Positions 1 to 12,110 of a stretch of DNA of 64,000 bases are shown one piece after another (the stretch's first letter is position 1; each line of letters starts with the position of its first letter). Where the stretch lies: assembly GCA_038087875.1 (NCBI GenBank), contig JAXLNO010000627.1, positions 186,001 through 250,000 on the forward strand, given 5' to 3'. The DNA comes from Malacoraja senta (Eukaryota). The notes under the pieces are model-generated. The model saw only the letters and a program-made list of their open reading frames with translations. It was not told the DNA's origin and ran no database searches. The translations under genes were made by a program, and so were the position numbers.

Positions 1-720
1 ATATACAATTAATGACATGACCATTATCAGCAGTGATTAACGGACGTACCTTGGGGTCCAAGTCCAGCACTCCCTGAAAGTAGCAACACATGTAGATACT
101 GTGGTAAATGAGGCACGTGGCATATTTGCCGAAATTGGTCAGCACATTCAGTATAAGAGTCAGGGCATCGTGAAGCAGCGCTATAGGACTTTGTACAGCA
201 TTTGGGGTATTACGTGCAGTTCTGGTCGCCCCATTACAGGAAGGATGTGAAGGTTTTAGAGAGGGTGCAAAGGTTACAAGAATGATGTCTAGATTATGGG
301 GTATTGGCTACAGGGAGCATTTGGAGAGAATTGGATTGCTTTTTTTCTGGAACGCTGAAGGTTGCGGGGCGACCTGACAGAAGAATAGAAAACAGGAACC
401 TTTTTTCCAGGATAGAAAAATCAAATACTAGAAGGAAGAGCTTTAAGAAGGGCAAAGCTTAAGGGGGATGTTAGGGGCATGTTTTATACACAAAGGCTGA
501 GTGCCTGGAACGCGCTGCCAGGGTGGGGGTTTGTGATGGTTTTGGGGCCAGGTCGGATAGTGGTGTTTCAGGGACTTTTGAATATGCCAATAGATTTGCA
601 GGGAATCGAGGGATATGGGTTATGCGCAGGCAGATAGGAGTTGGCCTTGGCATCATGTTCGACACATACATTGTGGACCGAATGGCCTGTTTTGTGCTGT
701 ACTGTTCTATGATCTATGTT
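1..720 (+). mobile_element. Old CR1 LINE 3' fragment
   Basis: Degenerate ORF2 C-terminus (VQFWSPHYRKDV) and a CR1-type 3' end (...ctgttctatgatctatg). Confidence 0.75.
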
Positions 721-1859
721 TTGTTTTAAATCATTTCCTGTCACCAGCTGACTCCTACCATTGGAACAACTTTGTATCTAATTCTTCCCAACTGGATCCT
801 GTGTGCGCGAATCTTCCAGGTCAGTCTACCATGCGGATCCTGGGAAAGCAATGGCTAAACTACAAAAGCACATATAGACAACGTTTCTCGGGAACAAAGT
901 CGTGTTGTCTATTTATAATTAGTGTTTATCTTTCCAAATACCGATGAGGCGTATAGCCCTAATTTCCCTCAGGCAACTTTACCACCACCGATATCAGAAT
1001 GAACCGCCTGCAGTTCCTTGCATGCATTCTACATAAAAGACAGGCATCACTTCAACGTCAATATCAACTTGTTCCCTTGCTGCCCACGTTTATGAGCCAC
1101 AGATGCGCAGCAAACTATCTGCAGATTGAAGCTTCAGTGGGGTGGGGACTGAGCCGGGGGAAGGCGCGGGCGGGACTGGGCGGAATGAAGGTGCAGGGGG
1201 AAGGTGCAGTGGGGACTGTTGAGAGGAGAGTGTACAGCGGAGGGACAGACAGACGTCAGGATAGATACCAGTGGGGAGCGAGCATCCTCGGGTGGCTTAT
1301 CGTGCGGATTTTCATTGTAATGTTTTATGTCATGCTGATCAGGATATTGGCGGTGTGACTATCCGAGTGCGACAGCGGAAGGTCAGACGGACAGTTCAGC
1401 AGCGGTTTTGTTTGGTGATCTGACCTGGAAGCATGTGCTGTAGTCAGAAGTGTTCCGTCAAAATGCAGCAGATGTCTCGAAACCTGAATCACGTTGACTG
1501 CACCTTGTACAACGTATTCAGTGCATGTCCACGCTGCAGTCCACACCCTGACCCACGGTCTCCACTCTGTCTCCACCGTTATCGCACACTCCACCTCCCT
1601 TTTCCCATTTTCCGTCAATACACTTTGCAGCGCTTCCATCCGCAACATCTCCAGTTCGTTCCCCAGAGGGAGAGCTTCCCACAGCTCGGAAGCAAGGCAT
1701 TTGACCCACCACAGCCAAAGCGACATGGATGTACCCACAGAACCCATAGTCTCCACGCCTTAGTGTTCCTCTTGATGTATTTAGTATCCCTGCCTACGTC
1801 AAACTCTTTAGCAGCGCGTCCTAGATTCCGAGTCTGAATGAGAAAAGACCTCATCAGAT

Positions 1860-2290
1860 TCTTCCAAATATTGTGTCTAACCTAATGCCCCCTGGATTTA
1901 ACCCCCTCTTATATGGGGCATGTTTCATAGCATGTATCCTGTCTATGCCGCTTAATTTATCCAATTGTTGGACCTTCACTGTGTATTTTTCGTGAAAGGA
2001 AAATAAACTCAGTCTATCGACTCTCCCGTCATAACCAAACTTTGCCATCGCAGAAAACATTTTTATAAATCTCCTCTCCACCTTCTACATAGCAATTAAG
2101 TTATTCCTACAGTGTGGCGACCAGAGGTGCCCACAGATGTGGGTTAGCGAACATTGTATAAAGCTGTACCCCAACCACTCTGCTCTTGGTTTGTTTGTGC
2201 GGCCGGTAAAATAAAATGTCACACATTCAATGACAACTGATCTGCCTGTAATGCCGCCTCTGGAGATCTTTGGGATTGTACACCATCGGG
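1860..2290 (-). mobile_element. Highly degenerate CR1 3' fragment
   Basis: Similarity to the reverse complement of the CR1 ORF2 C-terminal region; mirror at ~42360-42700. Confidence 0.45.
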
Positions 2291-2644
2291 TTCGAAAGAT
2301 AATCCCTGCTAGGAGCCTAACCTATGCCCAAGGCTTACCCCAGCTTCACCACACTTATTAGTGAATGGACAGACTCAGGAAGCTGTTGGTGGTGGGGAAG
2401 GGAATGTTGATGATGATGTGTACCAAGTGAAGAAAGTTGGGAAATCTTCTTGGAGACGGCCATGATATGGTATGCATATCTGACGCGAGACTTCTCCGAT
2501 TAACCAGTTGCAAGAACAGTAATTGTGTATTCGTAGAAAACTTCTCACATGTATGTGGACCATTTGGCTCATTGTGTCTGTGCCGAACAATCGGGCTTTG
2601 AAATGTGCGTGTATAATCTTCTAGATCAGTGCTTTCAATTACAC

Positions 2645-3100
2645 ATTCAGATTCAGATTCAGATTATTTAATGACCACACAGTCAAGCTGGTGAAATTCA
2701 TGTTCAGTACAGGATGTTACACAATAGGCTGATTCCCGTCAAACATAACATATAACACAACAACATACGAGGTGGCTATGTGATGTTGTCATAGAGTGTT
2801 CAGAGTTCGAATTGCATATGGGTAGAAACTGTTTTTAAATCGTGATGTTTTGGCGGGCAGTGAGCTGTAGCGCCTTCCTGACGGCAGCAGGTGGAAGATG
2901 TGGTGAGCTGGGTGGGAGGGATCAGAAATGATTTTCTTGACCCTTGACACGGACCGTTTGAGATTGAGTGATTCTATTGATGGGAGGGGAGTGCTGATGA
3001 TTTTGGATGCTTTGTTGACAATGCGCTGTAGTTTATTACGGGAGTGAGTGTCTAAACTGCTGTACCAAACTGTTATTGATGAAGTGAGCATGCTTTGGAT
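2645..3100 (-). mobile_element. Rex1/Babar-type LINE 3' fragment
   Basis: LTSSITVWY...DPSHPAH..F.LLPSGRRY...RFKNSFYP C-terminus; (ATTCAG)n tail. Confidence 0.8.
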
Positions 3101-3669
3101 GATCCGAGGGTTTACGAGTAATTAAGTCTTTCCTCTTCCAGACTTTCATGCAGACATTTCTGAACCGTTCGCGACGTCTCAATACATTTATTATCACCAT
3201 CCATCTCCTCGCATCTTACGGGAAATGCCTGCTCTCTGCCAAATAAACGGTTTCCCATTCAAGTTGTTCCACTACCCAACCTTTCCTAATCGCCACAACT
3301 CCTCTCAGCAGTGCAAACCACCAGAGGTGTAGTGTGCTGACAGACCCAACACACAATGCTCAAACTGGAACCTGACTGGTGATTGACGTGGAATCGTCAA
3401 ACAGAATATCACAGCTCTGGGAAAAGATGCAAACAATGTATGTTTTAAAATACCCGATTGTCCCCGGTTTCATTTGGACACACAAGCTGGTTGGCAGAAT
3501 AATTTACCAGGATGCGGCATGGAGCTAGAAACGTATAAAATACATGTCCTTTGGCTCCCAGGGTCAGGTGTCAAACGTTAAGCCAATATTTCCACGAATC
3601 ATGCAGTATTAATTCAGCGACATTAACACCAATTCACCTCAGATACTATTAGTCATCCGCCGGAATACG

Positions 3670-3850
3670 GGTAACTTACAGCAGCGAATTACCGACCAAA
3701 CTGCACATGTTGGGTCGGGGAAGGAAACCGGAGTAAATTGAGGAAACAGATGCGTTCACGAACAGAATGCGTAGACATCATAAAAAGCAGTGCAAGATCG
3801 AAGCTCGTAGTTGAGCTGTGAGACCACAGAGCTACCAGCTACATTACTGT
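3670..3850 (-). mobile_element. Degenerate HE1/V-SINE-like tRNA-derived SINE
   Basis: Reverse strand reads ...ctcacagc...ttcgat...ccggtttcct...atgtgcag.., resembling the V-domain core. Confidence 0.5.
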
Positions 3851-4576
3851 AGCGACTATTGAAACATAACATTCAGAACCAGACACTGAAGTCAGTCATG
3901 ACTTGTAAGACACAAGTCGGGATTGCACACGCACGTACAAGAACCAAAATCAACAAATCTCAGACGAACTGCAACACCGCACATTCTCAGTTAAACGAAG
4001 GTTAAATTACGGAATTGTAACATGCCAGTATCGGGAAATCTGAGACGTGCAGAATAATCAGCTACACTCAGCTAACAATGAGTGACCGCGGGGACCTGAA
4101 CTCCGAACCCAATCCTCCTGTGACATACATGTTACCACGCAACATCCCATCCAATTGCCTTTCCTGCAGCTCACTGCAGTCGCCAACCCCAGCCTCAGTG
4201 TCCTGCAGCTCACAAACTATTCCCAAATGGACCACATGCTGCCTTTTATCACAGAGAACGTTCACAGAGACGGACATCCTCACCACACACCACGTTGGCA
4301 ACACCGTCACTGCTCGGAGCGGCAACGGTTCAACAACGTCTCTGCAGTCAGTAGGTGCGAGGGTTCTGGACCGGGCGCGGTTCCTCTCACAGAGCAACGT
4401 GACGGGGAACAGAAACAGACCCGCGTTGGGCCGTCACCCGTGCCCCCGGCGTAATATACAGATCTGATCTCAGGTTGGGACAAAACATAGATAACATACT
4501 TGACAACTAGTCCGATTTTATCGTATTTGTTCCGATTTGTTTGTTAAAAAAGTGTGAAAAATCGGAACGGTACGAT

Positions 4577-4831
4577 TTTGAAATGAGGGGAAAAACGGCC
4601 AATCAACCGCTGTCTCTAAGGGGATTGCGTCCAATCACCGAGCAGCTTCCCTTAAAATTCCCGTCCAATCAGCCGCTGTCTCCAAGGTCATTGTGTCCAA
4701 TCACCGAGCAGCTTCCCTTAAAATTCCCTTCCAATCAGCCGCTGTCTCCAACGTCATTGTGGCCAATCACATAATGCGATGTTCACCCGGCGGCCAATCA
4801 GACACTGTCTCCGAGTGGCGTTGTGGACAAT
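4577..4831. promoter_or_regulatory. Phased CCAAT-box (NF-Y-type) array with an adjacent CHR-like TTTGAA
   Basis: CCAATC at 4599, 4631, 4665, 4697, 4731, 4763, 4794 (degenerate at 4827), spacing 31-34 bp; TTTGAA at 4577. Confidence 0.6.
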
Positions 4832-4847
4832 CACCGAACAGCTTCAC

Positions 4848-5040
4848 AGAGAGAGAGAGAGAGAGAGAGCGAGAGAACGAGAGAGAGAGAGGGAGAGAGG
4901 GGGAGAGGGGGAGAGGGGAGAGGGGAAAGGGAAAGAGGGAAAGAGGGAAAGATGGAAAGAGGGGAAGAGGGAAAGAGGGAAAGAGGGAAAGAGAGAAAGA
5001 GAAGGTGGGAGAGGGAGAGGGAGGGAGAGAGATGGAGAGA
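4848..5040 (+). repeat. Polypurine (GA)n/GGGA-rich tract
   Basis: Seen directly; mirror at ~36104-36258. Confidence 0.9.
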
Positions 5041-6499
5041 TTCCAGCCTCCTAATATTACCCCGGGCGATGGGGAAACGTTGCTACCAAATGACTTTCAA
5101 TGATAAACTTCTGGCCAAATGCAAGAAAGCAACTATGACATATAATACACAATAAACTGTATTACAAATACACAATAAACAAGTTATACGTTCTTGTGCT
5201 CTTACATGGGTATGACCTTCGGCGCGCGCGCACTCAGAGTAAGATTTTTCATTTTTAAATGTTGGCAGGTATGAGATAAGAATTAAAATCGACTCAGTCC
5301 ACATAATACTACGGCGCCATCTCTCGAACACTGCCTGAACTGTCATTAACCCAGAAACGGCTAGACTCAAGCAACGCCGCCACGTACAAAGGGAGGGCTA
5401 AAGCGGTCCCATTCCTGAAAGCGGAGCATCACAACCGCAGGCCAGCGGGAAAGTCAAGAATAAATTGTGGATGTTGGAAATCAGGAAATATTGCCAACAA
5501 CTGGAAATACTGGAATATCCTGGGCAACTCCCACTCGACCAGACTGTACAAATTCACCCGAATTCACACCGTCACCAACAGTACAACCGCACACGGAATA
5601 CAGAGCGACACCCAGATTGTACAATGTCACCCAGAGTGGACCAGGTTAGGAACACGTTACACAGATAATGTAGTTCAATTATCCATTCAGTGAAAACCTA
5701 TCCCTACTCCAGACATTCGCTACACTCCAGCCCTTGTCCTTTCCAACATCACTGCCGCTCAGATAAACCTGTTTGTTTTTATTCCTTGCTTCCAGAGAAA
5801 GAAACTTTGATTTGAAACTTTAACTCTTTCTCTCTCCACAAATGCTCCCAGACATGCGGTTTCAAACATTTTCGCATTTCACTCCAGACCACCTGGGATT
5901 ATTTCCAAAATGCGGAAATATTCCACGCCGCCGGTGAATGAAAAAAAGTGCTTGGAGTGAAACTGATGCGTTTCTCTCGCAACAGAGCAAAAACCCTGGT
6001 CTCACACGGGCTGGAGCATCAACGGCCGAATTTTTAGTCCCGGAAAAAGCAAGAACGTAATTGGCAGCAGGACAGTTTCACTCAGTGCTGAAACTACCGA
6101 AATACCCTGGATTATCTGAACACGTATCCTGATCATCTTTCATGGATTATTTCAAGGTGCATTTCACAAAGCATGGGGTCAGCAGTATGTTACTCCAATT
6201 AGTCCACACACCAGAATGTACTGTGCATTCACAATGATAATTCTGACATGACACTGGCGGCAGATTCACAGATCCACGGCTAGATATTTTGGAGTCAACA
6301 TAAAACAGGACCATCTTGCCTGAGACTACAGTTTGAATGAAGATACGTGGTTACTTTGAAATCAACCTCACAATTGGGCAAATACCATACCCAGAATCAT
6401 ACAACAACGAAACAAGCGGGTACTACGGCACACAGTCATCAGCAACATCTCAGATATAACAGTAATGAACACGGTGCGTACATGTGAGTAACCTCTCAC

Positions 6500-6569
6500 C
6501 GGGAACACCAACAGCGGCCAGAACCGGATAGTAAATCGACATTATTTGATGAAGTAGTGAGACTCCCAT
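6500..6569 (-). CDS. Coding exon 1 of a second, head-to-head GPR139-like paralog (MGVSLLHQIMSIYYPVLAAVGVP + 1 nt); exon 2 expected left of the window
   Basis: Reverse complement aligns to 34618-34687 without gaps; 70 nt, phase 1, G|GTGAGA donor; an in-frame upstream ATG at 6578 could add MEN. Confidence 0.8.
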
Positions 6570-6652
6570 GTTCTCCATGATGTGACGACTCCTCTGTTGA
6601 ATCAACACACCAGGGCTGCTGCCAAAACGGTGATGAGATGCTCACTTGATCC

Positions 6653-6769
6653 CTTTTTATAGCAAAGAGAAATCTCCAGCGGCACCAGTCTCCTGGCTAT
6701 CGACGTCAGTTGCATGCACAGAAAAAACAGGCCACGTCAACTGTTCCCAGATTAGCACAGCTGTGGGAA
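6653..6769 (-). promoter_or_regulatory. Putative core promoter of the minus-strand paralog: TATAAAAAG, CRE-like TGACGTCG, CSL/RBPJ-like site
   Basis: TATAAAAAG at 6661-6653 (~85-90 nt upstream of the ATG); TGACGTCG at 6708-6701; TGTGGGAA on + at 6762-6769; motif matches only. Confidence 0.45.
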
Positions 6770-8327
6770 TTACAGATTTAGAGCGACACGTTGAACATCA
6801 GAAAACGGAATGTGTTTAACTAGGTTTCACCTAGGCAGTGAACACCAGGTAAAGATTACAGAGTCTATGCTGAAATCGGGCAGGACTCACTGACCAACCT
6901 GTTGCTTCACTGTTAGGAACAGATACGTTTCTGTCCATGTCCTAGTCCTGCCGCACCAGGGGCTGTGGCTTACAATGTCTGACACGGAATGGAATCATTA
7001 GATGTAGCAACTGTGCAGATGTGATAATGAGGTATATAGTTGCAATAATGCATGGACTATAATTATGATAGGTATGGTAAATGCCACATCACATATTTTT
7101 ACGGCGTCTGACTGCGTGAAAGGGACAGCTACCATCATACTGGGCCTGGTCCATAGGTAACTGATTGGAAGATGTATCACATGTACACTGAACTGCTTTG
7201 CTTTGCATACAACCTAGGCAGCACATGTCTCGCCACGTGTTGGCGCACCAAGTCCCACCAAGGTAATTTTACCTGCAATGAAACTGGCGAGGAACGGACG
7301 TAAATCTGAGGCGACATCTCAGAGAACAGAACAGCCCCACACAGCGGCACACAGTCATGTTATACTGTGATCCTCCCATAATCCTGCGGCTCAGTGCAAC
7401 AGGACAAACATTTGTCACGCCGATATGACCAGGAGGTGATACATAGGCGGCCTTATAGATTCCTACATGCCACCCAGTCTCCAAGGCCACCATGTGTGCG
7501 GTTTTTCCCACCACATGGAACGTCAACTAACCTAGGGACGGGTTGCGAGCAACATTGCTGGAAGTACTCAATCCTAAATCAAGTTCCCAGGAGCTATCAC
7601 TGATTCCCGACCATATTGGCCTTATGGCCGCCAGAGCAATGAAAAGAAGGCGGATGAAACGAAGGACTGGGCGGGGCAAGGACACGGGATATTCTGTCTC
7701 CCAATACAGTGGCCGCCAGTCTCACAAGTCACCGAGCGGCTCCAGCTCTAAAGGGCGGATCTGCGTGTCCGGGATACTGATATAGCGGCAACACGTGAGA
7801 GTCACTGACACAACCAAGCTGTTCCCTGACCAATGCACCGGTCACAGCTTCAAGTGTCATTGGCGCCGCTGGCGGCGTGTCAACACCTCAGGCCTCGATA
7901 CCAATCAGCACTGATACCATTGTTCATCCTGTCACTGTGTACCAGACACATCACGTGGATCACACCATCTTGTCGAAAGTCGCCACACCCATTAAGTGGA
8001 TAATTATAAAACACCTATGGATAATAAAAATACTTTGAATGTCCGGCGATTTCCTACATCATCTCCATTACCGATATTGTCTGAGCGAAACACGCGAGCC
8101 CTCCAGACAAAGAATGAATGACTGTTGCCATTCACAGCCACAAGAGACAACTTGTTGCTGTTTCTGTTTCCTTCCCGAGGTCTTTCTACCACTCACGTCA
8201 GGTCATCCATTTAGATTCACACCGAACTATGGGAAATTGGTTGAGGGTACTGGTCAGAGTAGAGCACTGCGGATCCGAGATGGGTGATTCAGCCAGCGTC
8301 GAACCAGAATCCTCAGAACCCACGTGA

Positions 8328-9774
8328 TTTACCACCCAGAGGTACAGCAGACGCGATATTCACAGCACACCAACTCCAGGAAAAATGCCATGATCTAAGG
8401 CAACCTTTGTACCTGGCCTTCATCGACCTGACAAAGACTCGGTAGACCGCCAGGCTCTTTGGAGCATACTATCAAGGTACGGTTGTTACGACAAATAATT
8501 CAGTATATTGAGGTTTCTACATGATGGCATGTCAGTCACAGTGCACAGCAACTGCGGCTCTGAGTCCGAGCCCTTCACTGTGGAAGCGGGGGTCAAACAG
8601 GGATGTATCATCGCACCCACCCCGTTTGTCGTCTTCATTGCTTCCATACTTCACCTCATTGGTGAAGAGCTGCCACAGGGATCCCAATCCTCTACAGAAC
8701 TGACGGTGGGCTCTTCAACCTCAATAGGTTGAAGGCCTGGAGCAAAGTCAGTAACACCGCCATCACGGAGTTTCAGTAAGCGGACGACTGCGCCATTGCA
8801 GCACACTCTGCACAAGACCTCCAGGGCATCCTGAATGCCTTTGCCAGACCTCCAGGGCATCCTGAATGCCTGGGCCCAGTCTTAAATATCAAGAAGACCC
8901 AGGTCCTACTTCAACCTCCACCCAACCAGACGTCTACCTACCCAATATAAAAGAGACGAATTCACTCTTGAAAACGGTGACCACTTCCCCTACCTTGGCA
9001 GCATTCTTTCCTCGAAATATGACATCGACTCTGAGGTCAACCATCGCCTGTTGCGCCAGCGGAGCCTACGCCAGACTCACGGAAAGAGTCTTTCAAGACG
9101 GAGACCTAAAGGCTCAAACAAAACTGCTGGTCTACAGAGCCGTTGTCCTCTCCACCCTGTTGTATGGAGCCGAGTCATGGACCACCTACAGCAGGCACCT
9201 GAGAGCCCTGGAATAATACCATCAAAGATCCTGACAAAAGATTCTGAGGATCAGCTGGGAGGACAAACGCACCAACATCAGCATTGTGGAGGAAGCCAAC
9301 ATGACCAGCATCACCACCGCAATAATGCAGCACCAACTTCGATGTACTGGCCATGTCATCCGCATGTCCAATACACGTCTCCCTAAACAAATCCTGTACT
9401 CTCAATTGAAGGAAGGTCTGCGAGCCCCCGGCAGGCCAAAGAAACGCTTCAAGGACAACATCAGGAACAGTCTGAAGAAATTCCACATCACATCAAGCAA
9501 CTGGGAGCACATTGCACTGGACAGGCGCTCCTGGAGGAAATCCGTGCAGGAAGGAGCTGCACTTCATGAAATGGAACTACGCCGTGTCACAGAGACAAAG
9601 CGACAGAGAGAAGGGGGCTCGACGACTACCAACCACCGCCAGTCTCCACTGCCCACGTTGCACCAAGATGTGTGGATCGCGGATCGGCCTCTACAGACAT
9701 CTACAGACCCACAAGTAGACGACCATATGGAGAGGACAGCCATACTGGTTTCGAGTGACCGCCGATGATGATGA
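8328..9774 (+). mobile_element. 5'-truncated RTE-clade LINE
   Basis: FIDLTK, GVKQGCIIAP, LLYGAESWT, RLPKQILYSQL, terminal C2H2 CPRCTK..GLYRHLQTH, (GAT)n tail; absent from the mirror arm at ~30140. Confidence 0.88.
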
Positions 9775-10321
9775 CACTTGAACACTCTGTGTTGTCACAA
9801 ATTTCATGTCCATCACGAGCAGGGTAATCAGAACCTCGATCTAACCGGACCCACACCATGTTCCCTGTCAACGGCAGTGAAGCTGAACCAGCCGGCAGCA
9901 CTGACTCACAACTGTGGGAGCCGGCGCTCAATTGACCGCACTTTATTTCGGCCCCGTACGTTCCCGATTCCAGCTAGAAACCGTCCAGTAACGGCTCGGA
10001 CAAAGAACATCACGAGGCCTTCCATGACGGGGCACAGAATGAGAAACAGCTGAACTGCTCCCTCACAGGCCTGTCAAACACACGCAGTGCAGTGTGTACA
10101 CGCGTTCCCATGTTACACACACATGGCAGTGACGATGCTGACCAAAATAAAATTATAAAAAGCTCAACGTTGCACGTGACGGAAATGTCGGCACTGTAAA
10201 CTACAACATCTCGGGCTGTGCTCTGTCCTGTACACGAAAACACTCTGAACACCAATGTGGTACACGAAGACTATTCCAGGAATATCTGGGCAGACAATCT
10301 CAGGTCAGGTGCAGCTGCAGA

Positions 10322-12110
10322 TAAGTCATAAGAGTATAATTAGGTATTTCGTCCCATCAAGTCTACTCCCTATTCACCCACGGCGGATCTATCTCTTCCT
10401 CCGAACCCCATCCTCCTGCCTTCTCCCCATAACCTCTGACATATGTACATCAAGAATCTATCTATCTCTGCCTTAAAAATATATTCACTGGCGCCCTCCA
10501 CAGCCTTCTGTGGCAGTGAATTCCACAGATTCACCACCATCCGACGAAATAAATATATCCTCATCTCCTTCCTAAAAGAACGTCCATTAATACTGAGGCT
10601 ATGACGTCTAGTCCTAGACTCTCTCAGTGGAAACATCCTCTTCACATAGGCTCCATACAAGCCTTTCACTATTCTGTATGTTTCAATGAGGTCCCCACTT
10701 ATTTTTCTAAACTCCAGCGAGTACAGGCCCAGTGCCGACAAACGCTCATTATAGGTTAACCTACACATTCCTGGGATCACTCTTGTAAACCTCCTCTGGA
10801 CCCACTCCAGAGCCATCCTCACATATGGTACCCAAAATTGCTCATAATATTCCAAAAGCCTTAACAGCGCATTATGGACCCTCAGCATTACATCCTTGTT
10901 TTGTGCACAAGCTCTCTTGAAATAAATGCTAGCATTGAATTTGCTTTCTTAACTACTGATTCTATTTTCAGATTAACCTTTTGGGAATCCGACCCCAGCA
11001 CTCCCAAGGCCCTGAGCACCTCCGATTTCTGGATTCTCTCCCCATTATGAAAAAAGTCTATGCCTTTACTCCTACTACTAAATGCATGAGTCCACACTTA
11101 AGCTGCACTATATTCCATCTGCCACTTGTCTGCCAACTCTCCCAGCCTGTCCAAGGCCGTGTGCAGAGTACCTGCTTTCTCTACACTACCTGCCCCTCCA
11201 ACTATTTTCGTATTATCCACAAACTCGGTTACAAAGCCTTCGACCCCCTCGTCAAAATCATTAATATTTAACGTGAAGGGTAGCGGCCACAGCACCGACA
11301 CCTACGGATCTCCGTTAGTCACTGGCAGCCAACCAGAAAAATCCCTCTTTATTGCCATAATTTGTCTTCTGCCATCCAGGCAACCTGCTATCCATGCTAG
11401 TATCTGCCCTTTGATACCGTGGGCTCTCATCTTCATCAGCAGCCTCACATGTGGCATTATCAAAGGCCTTTGTCGGTCCTGCTATTTACATCATCAAAGA
11501 ATTCCAGCAAATTTGTAAAGCATGATCCCCCCTTCACAAAGCCTTGCTGACTTCAGACTATTTTATCGTGACCGTCTCAATACTGCTTAACCTCAACGTT
11601 TATGATGGACTCTTAAAATCTTACCAACCTGATAATAAATGGTTTTAGGACCTGGCGAGGGGTGAGTAAAGATAAGAAGTAGGTACATCCCTTTCAGATT
11701 GTCCTATTTTATTTTATTTTTTCTGTTTTTTTTCTTTTCTTCTTTAACTACTTCTTGTGGTTAAGGTTCACATGTGTGTTCCTGGACCACTTTCTCACTC
11801 ACTCACTGACTGTCTTTGCTAGCTCTTTCTATCCTTTTTTTCTATTAAAGTTGAAAAACAGAATTTGTCCAAGAATTGTATACATTTATGTTATTGCAGA
11901 TTACTGTAATGCAAAATACTTCTAATAAAAATAAAAAAATAATAAAAATAAAAAAAATAAAAAAAATCTTACCAACCACCGTAGTCCAGAATAACCAGCC
12001 TATTGTTCCCACTATTCTGCTTTGCTCCCTCCTTGTGCAGCGGATTAATATTGGCAATATTCCAATCATTTGGAGCCACTCCTAACTCTTGTGGTTCGTG
12101 AAATATCACT
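10322..12110 (-). mobile_element. CR1 LINE RT/3' part, disrupted; same insertion as the CR1 ending at ~29140
   Basis: FVDNTK (degenerate ADD), LGLYSLEFR, VNLWNSLPQ; same 3' flank as the mirror copy. Confidence 0.85.
11630..11962 (+). mobile_element. L1/Tx1-type poly-A-tailed 3' fragment nested in CR1
   Basis: 15-bp TSD AAAATCTTACCAACC (11615-11629 and 11963-11977), TT|AAAA target, AATAAA + A-rich tail. Confidence 0.75.

Larger units (their letters stand above)
1..12110. repeat. Left arm of a large inverted segmental duplication (partner ~26880-43031)
   Basis: Reverse-complement matches: 1~43031, 1931~42702, 3340~37680/41300, 5690~35460, 7960~30530/33245, 10186~29731, 10325~29140, plus a shared CR1 insertion. 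Confidence 0.9.

Noticed and set aside
4599..4831. CRISPR-like regular repeats
   Set aside because: Eukaryotic context, intervening sequences are themselves repeated, no cas genes
4693..5155. Arg/Glu/Gly-rich ORFs (also 35992-36343 and 50533-51771)
   Set aside because: Translations of GA-rich simple repeats that lack stops by composition
5465..8000. Possible endogenous viral/env relic (Thr/Pro-rich ORF 5467-5649, basic ORF 7543-7785, 33261-33668)
   Set aside because: No recognisable motifs and no long conserved frame (e.g. a 1-nt indel between arms in 7543-7785); the region is explained as intron and upstream DNA of the GPCRs
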